In this document: positions 10,023 through 19,218 of the stretch, in pieces
Numbering within the stretch: position 1 is the stretch's first letter
How the letters are laid out: each line of letters starts with the position of its first letter
IMG/VR virus record: IMGVR_UViG_3300044801_000187
Location: 5,952 to 69,951 of that record
DNA from: a virus
Length of the DNA stretch: 64,000 nt
Direction: 5' to 3' (one strand)
Made by a program: the position numbers and the translations under genes
Notes under the pieces: model-generated
Database searches by the model: none
Told to the model about the DNA's origin: nothing
What the model saw: the letters and a program-made list of their open reading frames with translations, nothing else

Positions 10023-10213
10023 GCGGGGCGGGCCGCCAAGTTGCACCAGGCCTTGGCACGCATCCGCGCCATCGCGGCGCTTGGGGGGAACCTGCCCGAC
10101 GACCGCCTCACGGGGCGCACGGGGCCGAACGACGACGCGCAGCGCGGCCTGATGTACACCGAGGCACGCCGCCTCGCCAACGAGGCGCTCAAGTTCACGG
10201 AGGGGCCATTCTA

Positions 10214-10558
10214 ATGAACACGCCCAAGAGCACGCTGTACCTGCTAGTGTTCGTCGCGCTCGGCGTCTGCTGGGCGCTGGTGGTGACCGTGTACGCCCAA
10301 GGCGTCGCGCTCGCCGTCGCGCTCGCCGAGTACAACATCCCCGCGCCGTACGCGGGCATGGCGCTGGGCGTCCTCGCGGGCTGGCTTGTGATCGCGCTCG
10401 GCCTGCGCGTGTACTGCGGCATCCTGCACAAGAATGCCGTCCGCTGGGCGAGGTCCCGGCCGCCGATCCCCGTCACCAGCGGCAAGGACCCCCTGGTGCC
10501 GTGCCAGACCATGTACCGCCAGCCGTACATCAACTGGAGAGAGATGAGGTCGCACTGA
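10214..10558 (+). CDS. Membrane protein
   Basis: ATG 10214 (TAATG overlap); two or three hydrophobic segments. Confidence 0.6.
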   Translation: MNTPKSTLYLLVFVALGVCWALVVTVYAQGVALAVALAEYNIPAPYAGMALGVLAGWLVIALGLRVYCGILHKNAVRWARSRPPIPVTSGKDPLVPCQTMYRQPYINWREMRSH

Positions 10559-10866
10559 TGAGGACGCCAGCAGAACGTGCAGTACCAGGTCACCATCAAC
10601 AAGAGGTTCTACGGCCAGGAGGAGTCGTTCGACACGCGGGTCATGGAGATACTGGTGCGCGTGGCGCGGGCGACGGCCAGGTCAGCGACCTGGTGGGGTG
10701 GACGCCGGAAAGGTTCGCGGAGATATGGAAGCGGAGAGAGTCATAGTCATAGGCTGCCGGGACGCGCACGACCGGGAGACCCTCAAGAAGATCGCGGACT
10801 GGGCGCTCGTCCACGGCTACGCCGGCATTCAGGGCCATCTCCACGGACAAGCTGGACATCTACGAC

Positions 10867-11247
10867 ATGACGACAAGGCCCCACAAGGGCGACGGGGTGG
10901 ACGCGCTGAAGCGGCACCTGGACACCGTCGCGGTCATCACCCTGCACCTGTTCGGCCTGGACATGGAGCACGACGCCAGGTACGCCGACCTCCAGCGGTG
11001 CATGGAATCCTCCTTCGGGGGGCGGGGCTGGGGCAAGCACAAGAAGGACAGGTGGATGTACACCAAGTCCAACCATGAGATAATCGACATCTGCCTCGAA
11101 AGGGGCATCCCGCTAGTCTGCTTCGGCGACCAGCCGTTCCGCAAGACGGAGAAGCTGCCGCCCCGCGTCAAGAGGACGTGCGTGGCCAAGACGGCGACGT
11201 ACAGGTTCCCGATCCACATCTACGAGAAGATCGACATCCGCCTATGA
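10867..11247 (+). CDS. Hypothetical protein (5' end uncertain)
   Basis: High-GC3 ORF; stop overlaps the Nudix start. Confidence 0.5.
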   Translation: MTTRPHKGDGVDALKRHLDTVAVITLHLFGLDMEHDARYADLQRCMESSFGGRGWGKHKKDRWMYTKSNHEIIDICLERGIPLVCFGDQPFRKTEKLPPRVKRTCVAKTATYRFPIHIYEKIDIRL

Positions 11248-11769
11248 AGAAGACCAAGAAAAAGCGCCCGGAGATCGGCGTCGGCTGCCTGGTGGTGAAC
11301 GCCTCCGGGAAGATCATGCTATGCAAGCGCCTCAAGCCCTACGGCTACGGCAAGCTCCCTCCCCGGCGGCCACCTGGAGTGGCGAGAGTCGCTGGCGGAC
11401 TGCGCCAAGCGCGAGGTGCTTGAGGAGAGCGGCGTCGCACTGGGCGAGATCACCAACCTCGACCACTACACAGAGGAGATCACCAGGGGGCGGCACTACA
11501 TCACGTTCTACCTGATCGCCCCGCTGCCGGACGGCCAGGAGCCGAGGCGCACGGAGCCGAAGAAGCACGGCGAGTGGAACTGGTACGACCCGTTCGACCT
11601 GCCCGACCACGCCTGGGCACCCACGAAGCGCCTGGTGACCAAGTGCGGCCCGCGCATCATCGCCGCCATCAACAGGTTCGTGTTCGACGCCAGGAAGAGG
11701 CATGAGATGCGCGTGGAGGCGGTCACGAAGCCCTCCGGGCGGAAGGGCGTCAAGATCACCATCGGATGA
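11244..11769 (+). pseudogene. Nudix hydrolase, frameshifted near 11358
   Basis: RPEIGVGCLVVN...GYGKL in one frame, then LPGGHLEWRESLADCAKREVLEESG (Nudix box) in another. Confidence 0.75.
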
Positions 11770-11975
11770 AAAACTGCGAGCACATGTGCCACCAGGGCCG
11801 CGGCCTGAACCCGTGGGTAGAGACCTGCCGCGTCTGCGGCTGCGCGAACCCGCGCTACGACGCCGCGAACGCCTCCGCCCTGCGCGAGGCGTGGCTCGTG
11901 GAAATGGAGCAGATGGGCTGGCGTGACATCCGCGAGACCGTGGCCATGATCGACCTCGTGCGCGCAAGCCTCTGA
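11766..11975 (+). CDS. Small Cys-rich hypothetical protein
   Basis: ATGA overlap; CEHMC...CRVCGC. Confidence 0.5.
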   Translation: MKNCEHMCHQGRGLNPWVETCRVCGCANPRYDAANASALREAWLVEMEQMGWRDIRETVAMIDLVRASL

Positions 11976-11993
11976 TAACAGGATACTTTCAGC

Positions 11994-12024
11994 CCGGCCG
12001 AACCCGCCCCCTCCGGCGTATACT
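11994..12024 (+). promoter_or_regulatory. Putative promoter CCGGCC-N19-TATACT
   Basis: Upstream of the ligase RBS GGAGG; recurring motif. Confidence 0.65.
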
Positions 12025-12041
12025 GTTGGAGGAGGGACGCC

Positions 12042-12842
12042 TTGATTAAAGCCGAACTGCTCCAAGACGCCACGGACGCCCAGGTCAAGCGTTTCATGAC
12101 CGACCCGACCTACGTCTGGGAAGAGAAGCACAACGGCGACCGCCGCCTCATAGCTAAGCAAGGCCTGGACATCAACGACTTCAATCGGAACGGCGAGCCC
12201 GCGAAGGGGCTTCCGCCGAACGTCATTGACGCCCTGCGAAAGCACCCCCTCCACAAATTCGTGATCGACGCAGAGTACGTCTACGCCGAGCGCCCCGAGA
12301 AAATCTACGTGTTCGACATGCTGCACTCGGGCGACGACGCGATCGTCGCGCTGCCGCTGTCCGCACGCAAGGGATACCTGCACTCCGCGTTCGACGGCTT
12401 CCACCCCGACGTTCCCGTCGTGGAGAGCGCGGCGACCCCGCAGGAGAAGTTGGCGCTGATCGAGCGCATCATGCGCGAGCACGGCGAAGGGTTCGTGATG
12501 AAGGACCTGACCGCCCCGTACCGCCCGTCGGACGGCAACCGCCGCTGGAATTTCAAATATAAATTCTGGAAGACCACAGATTGTGTGGTTCTCGGACCTT
12601 CACCGAAAGGGCACGACAGCGTTCGAGTCGGGGTGTACGACGAGACCAATAAATTGATTGACATCGGCGGCATATCGCTAGTCAGCAAAGAAAAACTGGC
12701 TATAAGAACTGTAGTAGAGGTAAAATACTTGTATTCAACACGTAATCGTCACATAGTTCAACCATCGTTGCTACGCGTTAGAACGGATAAGGAAGCCAGA
12801 GAATGCACCACGAGCCAGCTTGTAACGGGCAAGGGCCAGTAG
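12042..12842 (+). CDS. Minimal ATP-dependent DNA ligase
   Basis: EEKHNGDR (motif I), IDAE, YVFDML, GEGFVMKD, W.KYK and OB-fold VEVKY...QPSLLRVRTDK; the last about 290 nt are lower GC. Confidence 0.85.
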   Translation: MIKAELLQDATDAQVKRFMTDPTYVWEEKHNGDRRLIAKQGLDINDFNRNGEPAKGLPPNVIDALRKHPLHKFVIDAEYVYAERPEKIYVFDMLHSGDDAIVALPLSARKGYLHSAFDGFHPDVPVVESAATPQEKLALIERIMREHGEGFVMKDLTAPYRPSDGNRRWNFKYKFWKTTDCVVLGPSPKGHDSVRVGVYDETNKLIDIGGISLVSKEKLAIRTVVEVKYLYSTRNRHIVQPSLLRVRTDKEARECTTSQLVTGKGQ

Positions 12843-13495
12843 TTTACAGAATACGAAACCTGCGTAACGGAAAGAGGTATATAGGCTCCACGATGAATTG
12901 TGCGTCGCGGATGTACTACCACATCAATAGTCTGCGCCGACGCAAAAGCAAATGCTTGAAATTGCAGAACGCATTTACCAAGCATGGAGAAGACAATTTC
13001 GTGTTCGAGATCATAGAGCATTGCACTGAGGAGAATCTGATCGAACGGGAGCAACACTACTTAGACCAAAGACCGGAGTACAATATCAGCTTTATCGCCG
13101 GACCGAAAACACGATATGGTTTGAAGTCAACACCAGAACATCTGGCGAACATGAGTAAGGCCCTAAAGGGGCGCATCAGCCCGATGAAGGGGAAAAAGTT
13201 CACGGTGGAACACAAGCAAAGGCTAAGTGAGTCCAACAAGAACAAGCATATAGGAAACACCAGCCGCCGCATAGACTTGACCGGAAAAAACTTCGGGAAG
13301 TGGTTTGTAATAGGGCCGGGTAAGCGGAACGCCGAAGGCAAACTATGGTGGAGAGTGCGATGCCGCTGCTGTAACACCGAGAAAGAAGTGGAAGGCTCAC
13401 TGCTTAGGAACGGACGTTCTCGAAGCTGCGGTAGTATCAAAAGGAATTCAAAAGAATGGCGAAGAAACGCAAACTCGACAAGGTTCAGATGGTGA
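12803..13495 (+). CDS. GIY-YIG homing endonuclease with NUMOD3-like repeats
   Basis: VYRIRNLRNGKRYIGST...REQHYLD...EYNI; low GC. Confidence 0.8.
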   Translation: MHHEPACNGQGPVVYRIRNLRNGKRYIGSTMNCASRMYYHINSLRRRKSKCLKLQNAFTKHGEDNFVFEIIEHCTEENLIEREQHYLDQRPEYNISFIAGPKTRYGLKSTPEHLANMSKALKGRISPMKGKKFTVEHKQRLSESNKNKHIGNTSRRIDLTGKNFGKWFVIGPGKRNAEGKLWWRVRCRCCNTEKEVEGSLLRNGRSRSCGSIKRNSKEWRRNANSTRFRW

Positions 13496-13545
13496 AGGAA
13501 ATGTCGCGTGACCGCATCGGTCAGATTCAGACCGAGAAGGTTGTG

Positions 13546-13756
13546 CCCCCCGCACCTCTTCCCCGACCAGGACTACGACAAGTGGGGCAACCCGCTCACG
13601 GAGAACGGAATGCGGATGCGCGGCGAGACGGCGGCGTGATCAAACTGCTGGAGTCCATGGGCGACGCGTGGACTCTTCTACGAGGAGCCCGTGCAGAAGG
13701 TCCTGGCGCAGTCAATGCACCTGTTCACCGACAGGATCAAGTACCCGCGCACCTAA
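13546..13756 (+). pseudogene. Orphan high-GC fragment of an RNA-ligase-linked gene, interrupted by a 45-bp insertion
   Basis: Reads PHLFPDQDYDKWGNPLTENGMRMRGE[45 bp]LFYEEPVQKVLAQSMHLFTDRIKYPRT*; IKYPRT recurs at the start of the gene at 14840. Confidence 0.7.
13628..13672 (+). repeat. Exact 45-bp copy of 33532-33576
   Basis: acggcggcgtgatcaaactgctggagtccatgggcgacgcgtgga is present at both loci. Confidence 0.95.
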
Positions 13757-13818
13757 ATCAAAGTTCAGAAGCACCAACTTATCGGCTCCGCATATTTGTA
13801 TGAACCTTTGGAGGGGGA

Positions 13819-14283
13819 ATGCTCTCAAACCGACTCAAGGCGATGATTGAGCAGTTCAAACAACAATATCAAGGGTACGGCGCGCAAAGCGGTGCCCTTT
13901 ACAAATGCGATGACGCTTCTAACCTTTTCATAAAGTTCGTTCGAGAAAAGGATAGCCTGTTAGTTTACGATCTGGACATCCACTGTTTCGAGTTCACCGT
14001 CAATGATTGCATCGGCCTCTGTCCATCGATCTATATGAAGGGGGAAAACGAAATGGGCCTATCGCGGGCAAGTTGGCATTGCATCGTGAATACCAAAAAC
14101 GTTCTGATCGACTGGACGGCAAAACAGTACGTAGAGACAGCGCCATTCCCGCTCATCATTGTCAAACGGTTTTTGACGATTCAGAAAATTGACGGAGACT
14201 ATTACAAAGCGATTCGTCCCGCTTATTTGCCGATCCGCAAGGCGGAACTTTTGGCGAAAGCTGCGGCAGTCGGACATGTGTAA
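13819..14283 (+). CDS. Transglutaminase/papain-like Cys-His-Asp domain protein
   Basis: KCDDAS...WHCIV...LIDWTAKQY resembles two modules in the 39-42 kb polyprotein. Confidence 0.5.
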   Translation: MLSNRLKAMIEQFKQQYQGYGAQSGALYKCDDASNLFIKFVREKDSLLVYDLDIHCFEFTVNDCIGLCPSIYMKGENEMGLSRASWHCIVNTKNVLIDWTAKQYVETAPFPLIIVKRFLTIQKIDGDYYKAIRPAYLPIRKAELLAKAAAVGHV

Positions 14284-14322
14284 AGTACCCACGGTTTACG
14301 AACTATGGTATACTTTGTATGA

Positions 14323-14856
14323 ATGGCATCTGCACAACTACGGCTCTATCATCGACGAAAAAAGCTTGGACTTTGTGTCACCTGCGGTAACGTGCCGCCA
14401 CGGGAGGGAATCGTCAGATGCAATCAATGTGCGTCCGACCGTTGCGAAGTCTCAAAGCGGCAGAAGGCTCGCCGCCCGAAAGGGGTTTGTAGGTCGTGTC
14501 TGAAACGAAAAACCGCGAAGGGCAAAAGCACTTGCCAAAAATGTAGAAGCAGAGAAGGATAAAGGTCTAAGCAGAAGTATCGAGAAATTCGACTTCAAGT
14601 AATCGTACTTTATGGAGGAAAGTGCCAGTGCCCTTGGTGCAACGTGACCAATCCGAAGTATCTCCAGTTGGATCACAAAAATAACGACGGTGGAAAAGAG
14701 CGGAAGTCATTACCCGCAACGCTTAGAGGGGGGCGGTTTTTTGAACTCGTGTTGAAACAAGGCAAGAGAGACGATTTACAGCTTTTGTGTGCAAATTGCC
14801 ATCAAGCTAAAAGGTATGGCGGCTGCGCTAAGGAAGATCATGACCACGCCAATTAA
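14323..14856 (+). pseudogene. HNH endonuclease with in-frame TAA at 14560-14562
   Basis: The frame continues after the stop: YGGKCQCPWC...LQLDHKNNDGG...LQLLCANCH. Confidence 0.75.
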
Positions 14857-15472
14857 ATACCCGAGAACTATGCATTTTTTGTGGAGCCCCGGCCTTCAAA
14901 ACGATGATCGTATGCTAGAATCCACCGCTGATTGGCGGGGTCGGCAGGTGATCGTCACCGAGAAGATGGACGGGTCCAATTGCAGTTGGTATCGTGACGG
15001 TATGCACGGTCGATCCCTTGAAATAGACTCCCACCCCCAATGGGACAAAGTCAAGGCCCTGCACGCCGAAATCGCGCACGAAATCCCCCTCGGTTGGCGA
15101 ATATCGGGGGAGAACATGACCGCCGTCCACTCGATCAAATATGACGATTTGCTCTCACTCTTCTTGGTGTACTCGATCTGGAACGAGGACAATTACTGCC
15201 TAAGCTGGAGTGAGACGGTGGAGTGGTGCGCGTTGCTCAATTTGGTGCATGTCCCCGTGATCTACTGGGGTGGGTATAGCGACGGTGTCTGTAAGGGTTT
15301 GTGCGGTCAGTTGGATACTAATGTACAGGAAGGGCTGGTTGTTCGCCCAGCCGATAGGTTCCATTTTCGTGATTTTTCTACCTCGGTTGCGAAGTGGGTT
15401 AGGGCTAATCACGTTCGTTCGAATTCGGAGCATTGGAGCACGGGAAATATTCAATTCAACGGGGTTAAATGA
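14840..15472 (+). CDS. RNA ligase (nucleotidyltransferase family)
   Basis: KYPRT.H..WS, VTEKMDGSN, ISGEN, EGLVVR and AKWVR..HV. Confidence 0.8.
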   Translation: MTTPIKYPRTMHFLWSPGLQNDDRMLESTADWRGRQVIVTEKMDGSNCSWYRDGMHGRSLEIDSHPQWDKVKALHAEIAHEIPLGWRISGENMTAVHSIKYDDLLSLFLVYSIWNEDNYCLSWSETVEWCALLNLVHVPVIYWGGYSDGVCKGLCGQLDTNVQEGLVVRPADRFHFRDFSTSVAKWVRANHVRSNSEHWSTGNIQFNGVK

Positions 15473-15812
15473 ACCCTGTGAATTTTGCTTTTTTGCGTTC
15501 CAGAAAGACTGTGGAACCGTCATACATATAGTGATAAACACGGCGCAAGTTTTCGATGTTAGAAATGCAAACGTTCCTACCCTTTTGTGCGTTTGGCGGA
15601 TTGGTCGTGCGGATGCCGTTGGCGTGTAGGCCATTCCGTAAGGCGGGAGCCGCAGAATGAATTGACCAACGCCCATAGTTGGAACGAACTGCGCCAATGT
15701 TTCCATCAGCGCCGAATAGACCCCGCACAAAATGACGGCGAAGATAGTTGGGAATATCGGGAAAGATGGCGGTAAACGTTGTGTTCCATACTATACAATA
15801 CTGTGGGCACAA
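15465..15812 (-). pseudogene. LAGLIDADG endonuclease C-terminal fragment
   Basis: HFVRGLFGADGNI ... YMYDGSTVFLERK. Confidence 0.6.
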
Positions 15813-15847
15813 AACATTTCTAAACTAACGAACACTGGATTGGTCGA

Positions 15848-16309
15848 ATGCCGCCGAAGATCAATGACGATTACACGTGGGTCAGCTTGGGGATCATTCG
15901 ATCTCCGATCCATCGGTGGGGTGTCATTGCCAAACAGACCATCCCGAAGAATAAGTACGTTATTGAGTACACGGGACAGTTGCTCAACCGTCGCCAAAAC
16001 AAAGCGATTAGAGCGGACGGACGGCGGTATTGCTTCACTTATCTTACTGATGACCGTGGATACTGGACACTAGACGGAGCCGTGCGAGGCAGCGGTGCCG
16101 AGCGCGTTAACCACTCCTGCGACCCAAACCTTTACGCGGAGATTCGCGGGCATCGAGTCTACTTCTACTCCCTTCGACGCATCAAGAAGGGCGAAGAACT
16201 GACCGTGGATTACCAGTTCGAGTACAGTAAGACCCCCGTTGCTTGTCTTTGCGGGATGAAGAAATGCCGAGGCACGATCAACCTGTTGAAAGGCCAAGCA
16301 TCCAAATGA
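15848..16309 (+). CDS. SET-domain lysine methyltransferase with post-SET Cys motif
   Basis: SPIHRWGV, EYTG, NHSCDPN, IKKGEELTVDY and CLCGMKKCRG. Confidence 0.88.
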   Translation: MPPKINDDYTWVSLGIIRSPIHRWGVIAKQTIPKNKYVIEYTGQLLNRRQNKAIRADGRRYCFTYLTDDRGYWTLDGAVRGSGAERVNHSCDPNLYAEIRGHRVYFYSLRRIKKGEELTVDYQFEYSKTPVACLCGMKKCRGTINLLKGQASK

Positions 16310-16804
16310 AACGCTCTCCCGTATCCAAACGAATTGACGTAACGGGCCTCCTGAAGCGTCCGACTCTCTACATCGACATCGACGATACCATCCTCGCCTG
16401 CATCTGGGATGGCAGTGGCTTCGATCTCCGACCGAACGTCATGACCCAACTTCGGGTGCTCAAAGAGCTTTACAACGTTCGCTGGCTCACCTGCTGGCCG
16501 TATGAGCCGCTGGAACTCCTCTTAAAGAGCCTGTACGGGCAGGACATCTGGCGGGATACCGTGTACGAAGACTGGCGTGCTGGCTGGGAGAGCGGCAAGG
16601 GAGAAGGTACACGCCGTGCTAGACGGCCCGAAGGACTGGTACTGGCTGGAAGACCCTCTTTACGGTGAAGACTTGCTTCAACTGCGCTCGGCGGGGCTAG
16701 AACACCGTTACATCCGTGTTGAGCCCAGAGGACCGTGGGGATTCGCCGATGCTTGCCGAAAACTTTTCGAACTCACAAACTCTCTCAGGTCCATGCCCGT
16801 ATAA
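16306..16804 (+). pseudogene. HAD-superfamily protein, frameshifted near 16600
   Basis: LYIDIDDTI and WLTCW in one frame; EKVHAVLDGPKDWYWLED in another. Confidence 0.6.
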
Positions 16805-16812
16805 TACCGGGT

Positions 16813-17166
16813 TTAGCCCTTCGGCCCCGCCGTCCCGGCGCTGGGGTCGGGGGCTGCGGGCGCGGGAGCCGCGCTGGCGCTGGCCGTCGCGGAGTTCGTG
16901 TTCGTGTTGTCGTTGTTCACGTTTACGTCGACCGTCGGGGCGGACGTCGGGTCCGGCCACTTCTGGTAGACGAGGGCGTGGCCGCCGAGGAAGCCGTAGA
17001 AGGCGTACAGGGAGCTCACGAACCCGGGCGGGAGGTCCTTGCCCGTGTGGGCGCAGTACGCAAACGTCACGCAGAACACGAAGATGGCGATCGGCACATG
17101 CGCGTCGTTGGTCAACTTGTCCAGGAAGGCCTGTATTTTGCTCTTTTGCTCGCCGAAGAATCCCAT
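16813..17166 (-). CDS. Small two-TM membrane protein (holin-like)
   Basis: Two hydrophobic helices and a low-complexity tail. Confidence 0.5.
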   Translation of the reverse strand: MGFFGEQKSKIQAFLDKLTNDAHVPIAIFVFCVTFAYCAHTGKDLPPGFVSSLYAFYGFLGGHALVYQKWPDPTSAPTVDVNVNNDNTNTNSATASASAAPAPAAPDPSAGTAGPKG

Positions 17167-17227
17167 TGTAGTCCCTCACTTAGGGGACGGAAAGTAGGGA
17201 AAATCCCGACTATCCGGTACTATAGTG

Positions 17228-17414
17228 CAGGAACGAAATCGCAGCGGATGATACGGACTGCCCGGAGGAACACCGGAACCGAACGCCGCTGGTAGTGGGG
17301 GGCTGAAACCCCTCATGGGGGAGCTCCCTTGCCCCTTTCCCGTGGTTGGGAGTCCGTCGCGAAGGACCACGGGACGCCTTCTTGGAACGCCGCCTCCGGG
17401 CGGCGTTCCTCTTT
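17228..17414 (+). ncRNA. Candidate independently transcribed structured RNA
   Basis: TATAGT -10-like box at 17221; stems CAGCGG/CCGCTG, TGGGGGG/CCCCTCA and TCCCGTGGT/ACCACGGGA; ends in a terminator. Confidence 0.45.
17384..17414 (+). terminator. Intrinsic terminator
   Basis: GGAACGCCGCC-TCCG-GGCGGCGTTCC-TCTTT. Confidence 0.7.
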
Positions 17415-17478
17415 CCGTTCTCCCCCGCCTTTTATTTGTCATCTCCCTTTGATACACTGGCATCTAAGAGGTGTGGAC

Positions 17479-17907
17479 ATGCCCAGAAGAGTGGAAGCCT
17501 ACGAGGACCCCATAACAGGAACCGTCTACAAGACCGCCCAGGAGGCGGCCGCCGCCGAGAACAAGCTCAGCAGGAAGAAGCTCGCGGAGCTGAAGCGCCG
17601 TATCAAGGCGGGCAAGTTCTGGCTGCCGCAGGTCGGCGAGTACATCTACACCCGCACCTCGATCTCCTGCGACCATGGGGAGACCGACGTCGCGGGCGGC
17701 CTGAGCACGGTCGTCAAGGTCTACTTCGGCATGAGCGGCGGGGACCCCAAGACCCCGTTCGTCGAGATCGCGCAGCACGACCGGGGCGGCTGGAACTGGC
17801 GGATACTACAGGAGGAGCAGAAGGAGCTCATGAAGAGGCACGGCAACAAGTTCGCCTACCCCGACCCGGACCCGCGCGACTTCTACGACCCGCACGAGTG
17901 GCAATGA
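17479..17907 (+). CDS. Hypothetical protein
   Basis: RBS GAGGTG; high-GC3 codons. Confidence 0.65.
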   Translation: MPRRVEAYEDPITGTVYKTAQEAAAAENKLSRKKLAELKRRIKAGKFWLPQVGEYIYTRTSISCDHGETDVAGGLSTVVKVYFGMSGGDPKTPFVEIAQHDRGGWNWRILQEEQKELMKRHGNKFAYPDPDPRDFYDPHEWQ

Positions 17908-18250
17908 TGGAGCCCGTGGGGTTCTTCAAGGACGGGAAGTGGCACCACCAATCGCCGAGGGCGAGTACAAGGCGATCTCCCGGTGGGGGCGGGCGTTCTA
18001 CGGCCCGCTGCTCGCCTCCGACGGCAGGAGCATGGTGATCTGCATCAACGGCAACGTCGTGACCTACGCCAAGGAGGACCTGCTCTGGTTCGCCACCCGC
18101 TGGACGGGCGAGCGCGACGCGGGCAACCCGACGTCCGCCAACCTCCAGGCCATGCACCCCGACGGCCTGCTGTACCCGGACGCCCACCCGAACGGATGCG
18201 GTCCAGTCAACGGCGGCACGGACGGGAAGGGCTGGCTGCCCCGCAAATGA
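17904..18250 (+). pseudogene. Hypothetical protein, frameshifted near 17946
   Basis: MMEPVGFFKDGKWH then PIAEGEYKAISRWG in another frame; tggcac-ca-ccaatc looks like a 2-nt insertion. Confidence 0.5.
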
Positions 18251-18456
18251 GCTACACCGTGGTGTTCCTCAGGAGGCCCTGCCAGATGCACGTGCTGATG
18301 AACCGCCCGGGGTTCCTGTGCGGGATGCCCACGGTGGACTTCGTGGAGCCGCCCCAGGGCGTGGCCGCGCAGGCGAGGTTCTGGCTCTGCGCCGAGCACT
18401 TTGACACGTTCACGAAGATCATGGGCTACCAGATATACGGCAGGTCCCTCAGATGA
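18247..18456 (+). CDS. Small hypothetical protein
   Basis: ATGA overlaps on both sides. Confidence 0.5.
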   Translation: MSYTVVFLRRPCQMHVLMNRPGFLCGMPTVDFVEPPQGVAAQARFWLCAEHFDTFTKIMGYQIYGRSLR

Positions 18457-19016
18457 TCCTGACCGAGTTCATCCTGGCCTTCCGCGAGAAGGCCGCGGAG
18501 CTGAGGGGGAAGTGCTTCTACTGCGGGGCGCAGACCGAGAAGGGGCTCAAGGAGTCCGCCGTGCTCTTCCAGACCATGGACCACGTCATCCCCAAGAGCA
18601 CGTGGAGCAGGAAGGGCCCCGACGCCCCCGTGAACCTCGTGGACGGCCACGCGAACCGGGTGGTGTGCTGCCGGAAGTGCAACGACCTGAAGGAGGACCT
18701 GACCCTCTTCGAGTTCAAGCGCCGGAGCGGGATCATGACGTTCTTCGCCGAGCAGACGCTCGGGGTCCTGATCGACGAACTGGACGACATCGACCACTGG
18801 GCGAAGCATGTCATCTACAACCGGAGGGTCGAGGGCAGGACCGTCAAGTTCCACGGCAAGAAGGTGGTCCGAGCGGTGCAGATGCCGCTGTACTTCGGGA
18901 AGGGCGAGCCGATATTCTGCGGGGAGGCGACGCCAGCGGCGGTCCAGCAAACTTTCGCGGAGCTGACGGGGGAGCAATGGCTGATCCTCTGGAGGCTGGC
19001 GGAGCAGAAGTACTGA
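18453..19016 (+). CDS. HNH endonuclease-domain protein (native high GC)
   Basis: CFYCG...MDHVIPKS...NRVVCCRKCNDLK. Confidence 0.75.
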   Translation: MILTEFILAFREKAAELRGKCFYCGAQTEKGLKESAVLFQTMDHVIPKSTWSRKGPDAPVNLVDGHANRVVCCRKCNDLKEDLTLFEFKRRSGIMTFFAEQTLGVLIDELDDIDHWAKHVIYNRRVEGRTVKFHGKKVVRAVQMPLYFGKGEPIFCGEATPAAVQQTFAELTGEQWLILWRLAEQKY

Positions 19017-19218
19017 TGGTTACCATCGTTTTTTCGAGCGCCGCTGCGGGCGCGGCCGCATCTAATAGACGAGGCGGATTTTACATGGTTACGAGGAAAA
19101 TACGCTGCGACGTGACAACGGTCGCAAACGGGGACTTTTCCGCCCCTAGAAAGAAGGGCTTGTGGGCGTAGTCCAGGCTGTGAAGCAGGCGCTAAGCCCG
19201 CAGGCGACAGGTGACCCG

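Noticed and set aside
13600-13700. 45-bp copy interpreted as a CRISPR spacer or a DGR template/variable repeat
   Set aside because: There are no flanking direct repeats, no cas or reverse transcriptase gene in the window, and no adenine-specific mismatches because the copies are identical.
14560-14562. In-frame stop as evidence of an alternative genetic code
   Set aside because: It is a single TAA in a decaying nuclease; TAA, TAG and TGA all end intact genes normally in this window.
19148-19206. Hairpin upstream of the ClpB-like gene as an RNA thermometer or tRNA
   Set aside because: It has no cloverleaf or T-loop, and the stem does not clearly cover the RBS; evidence is insufficient.
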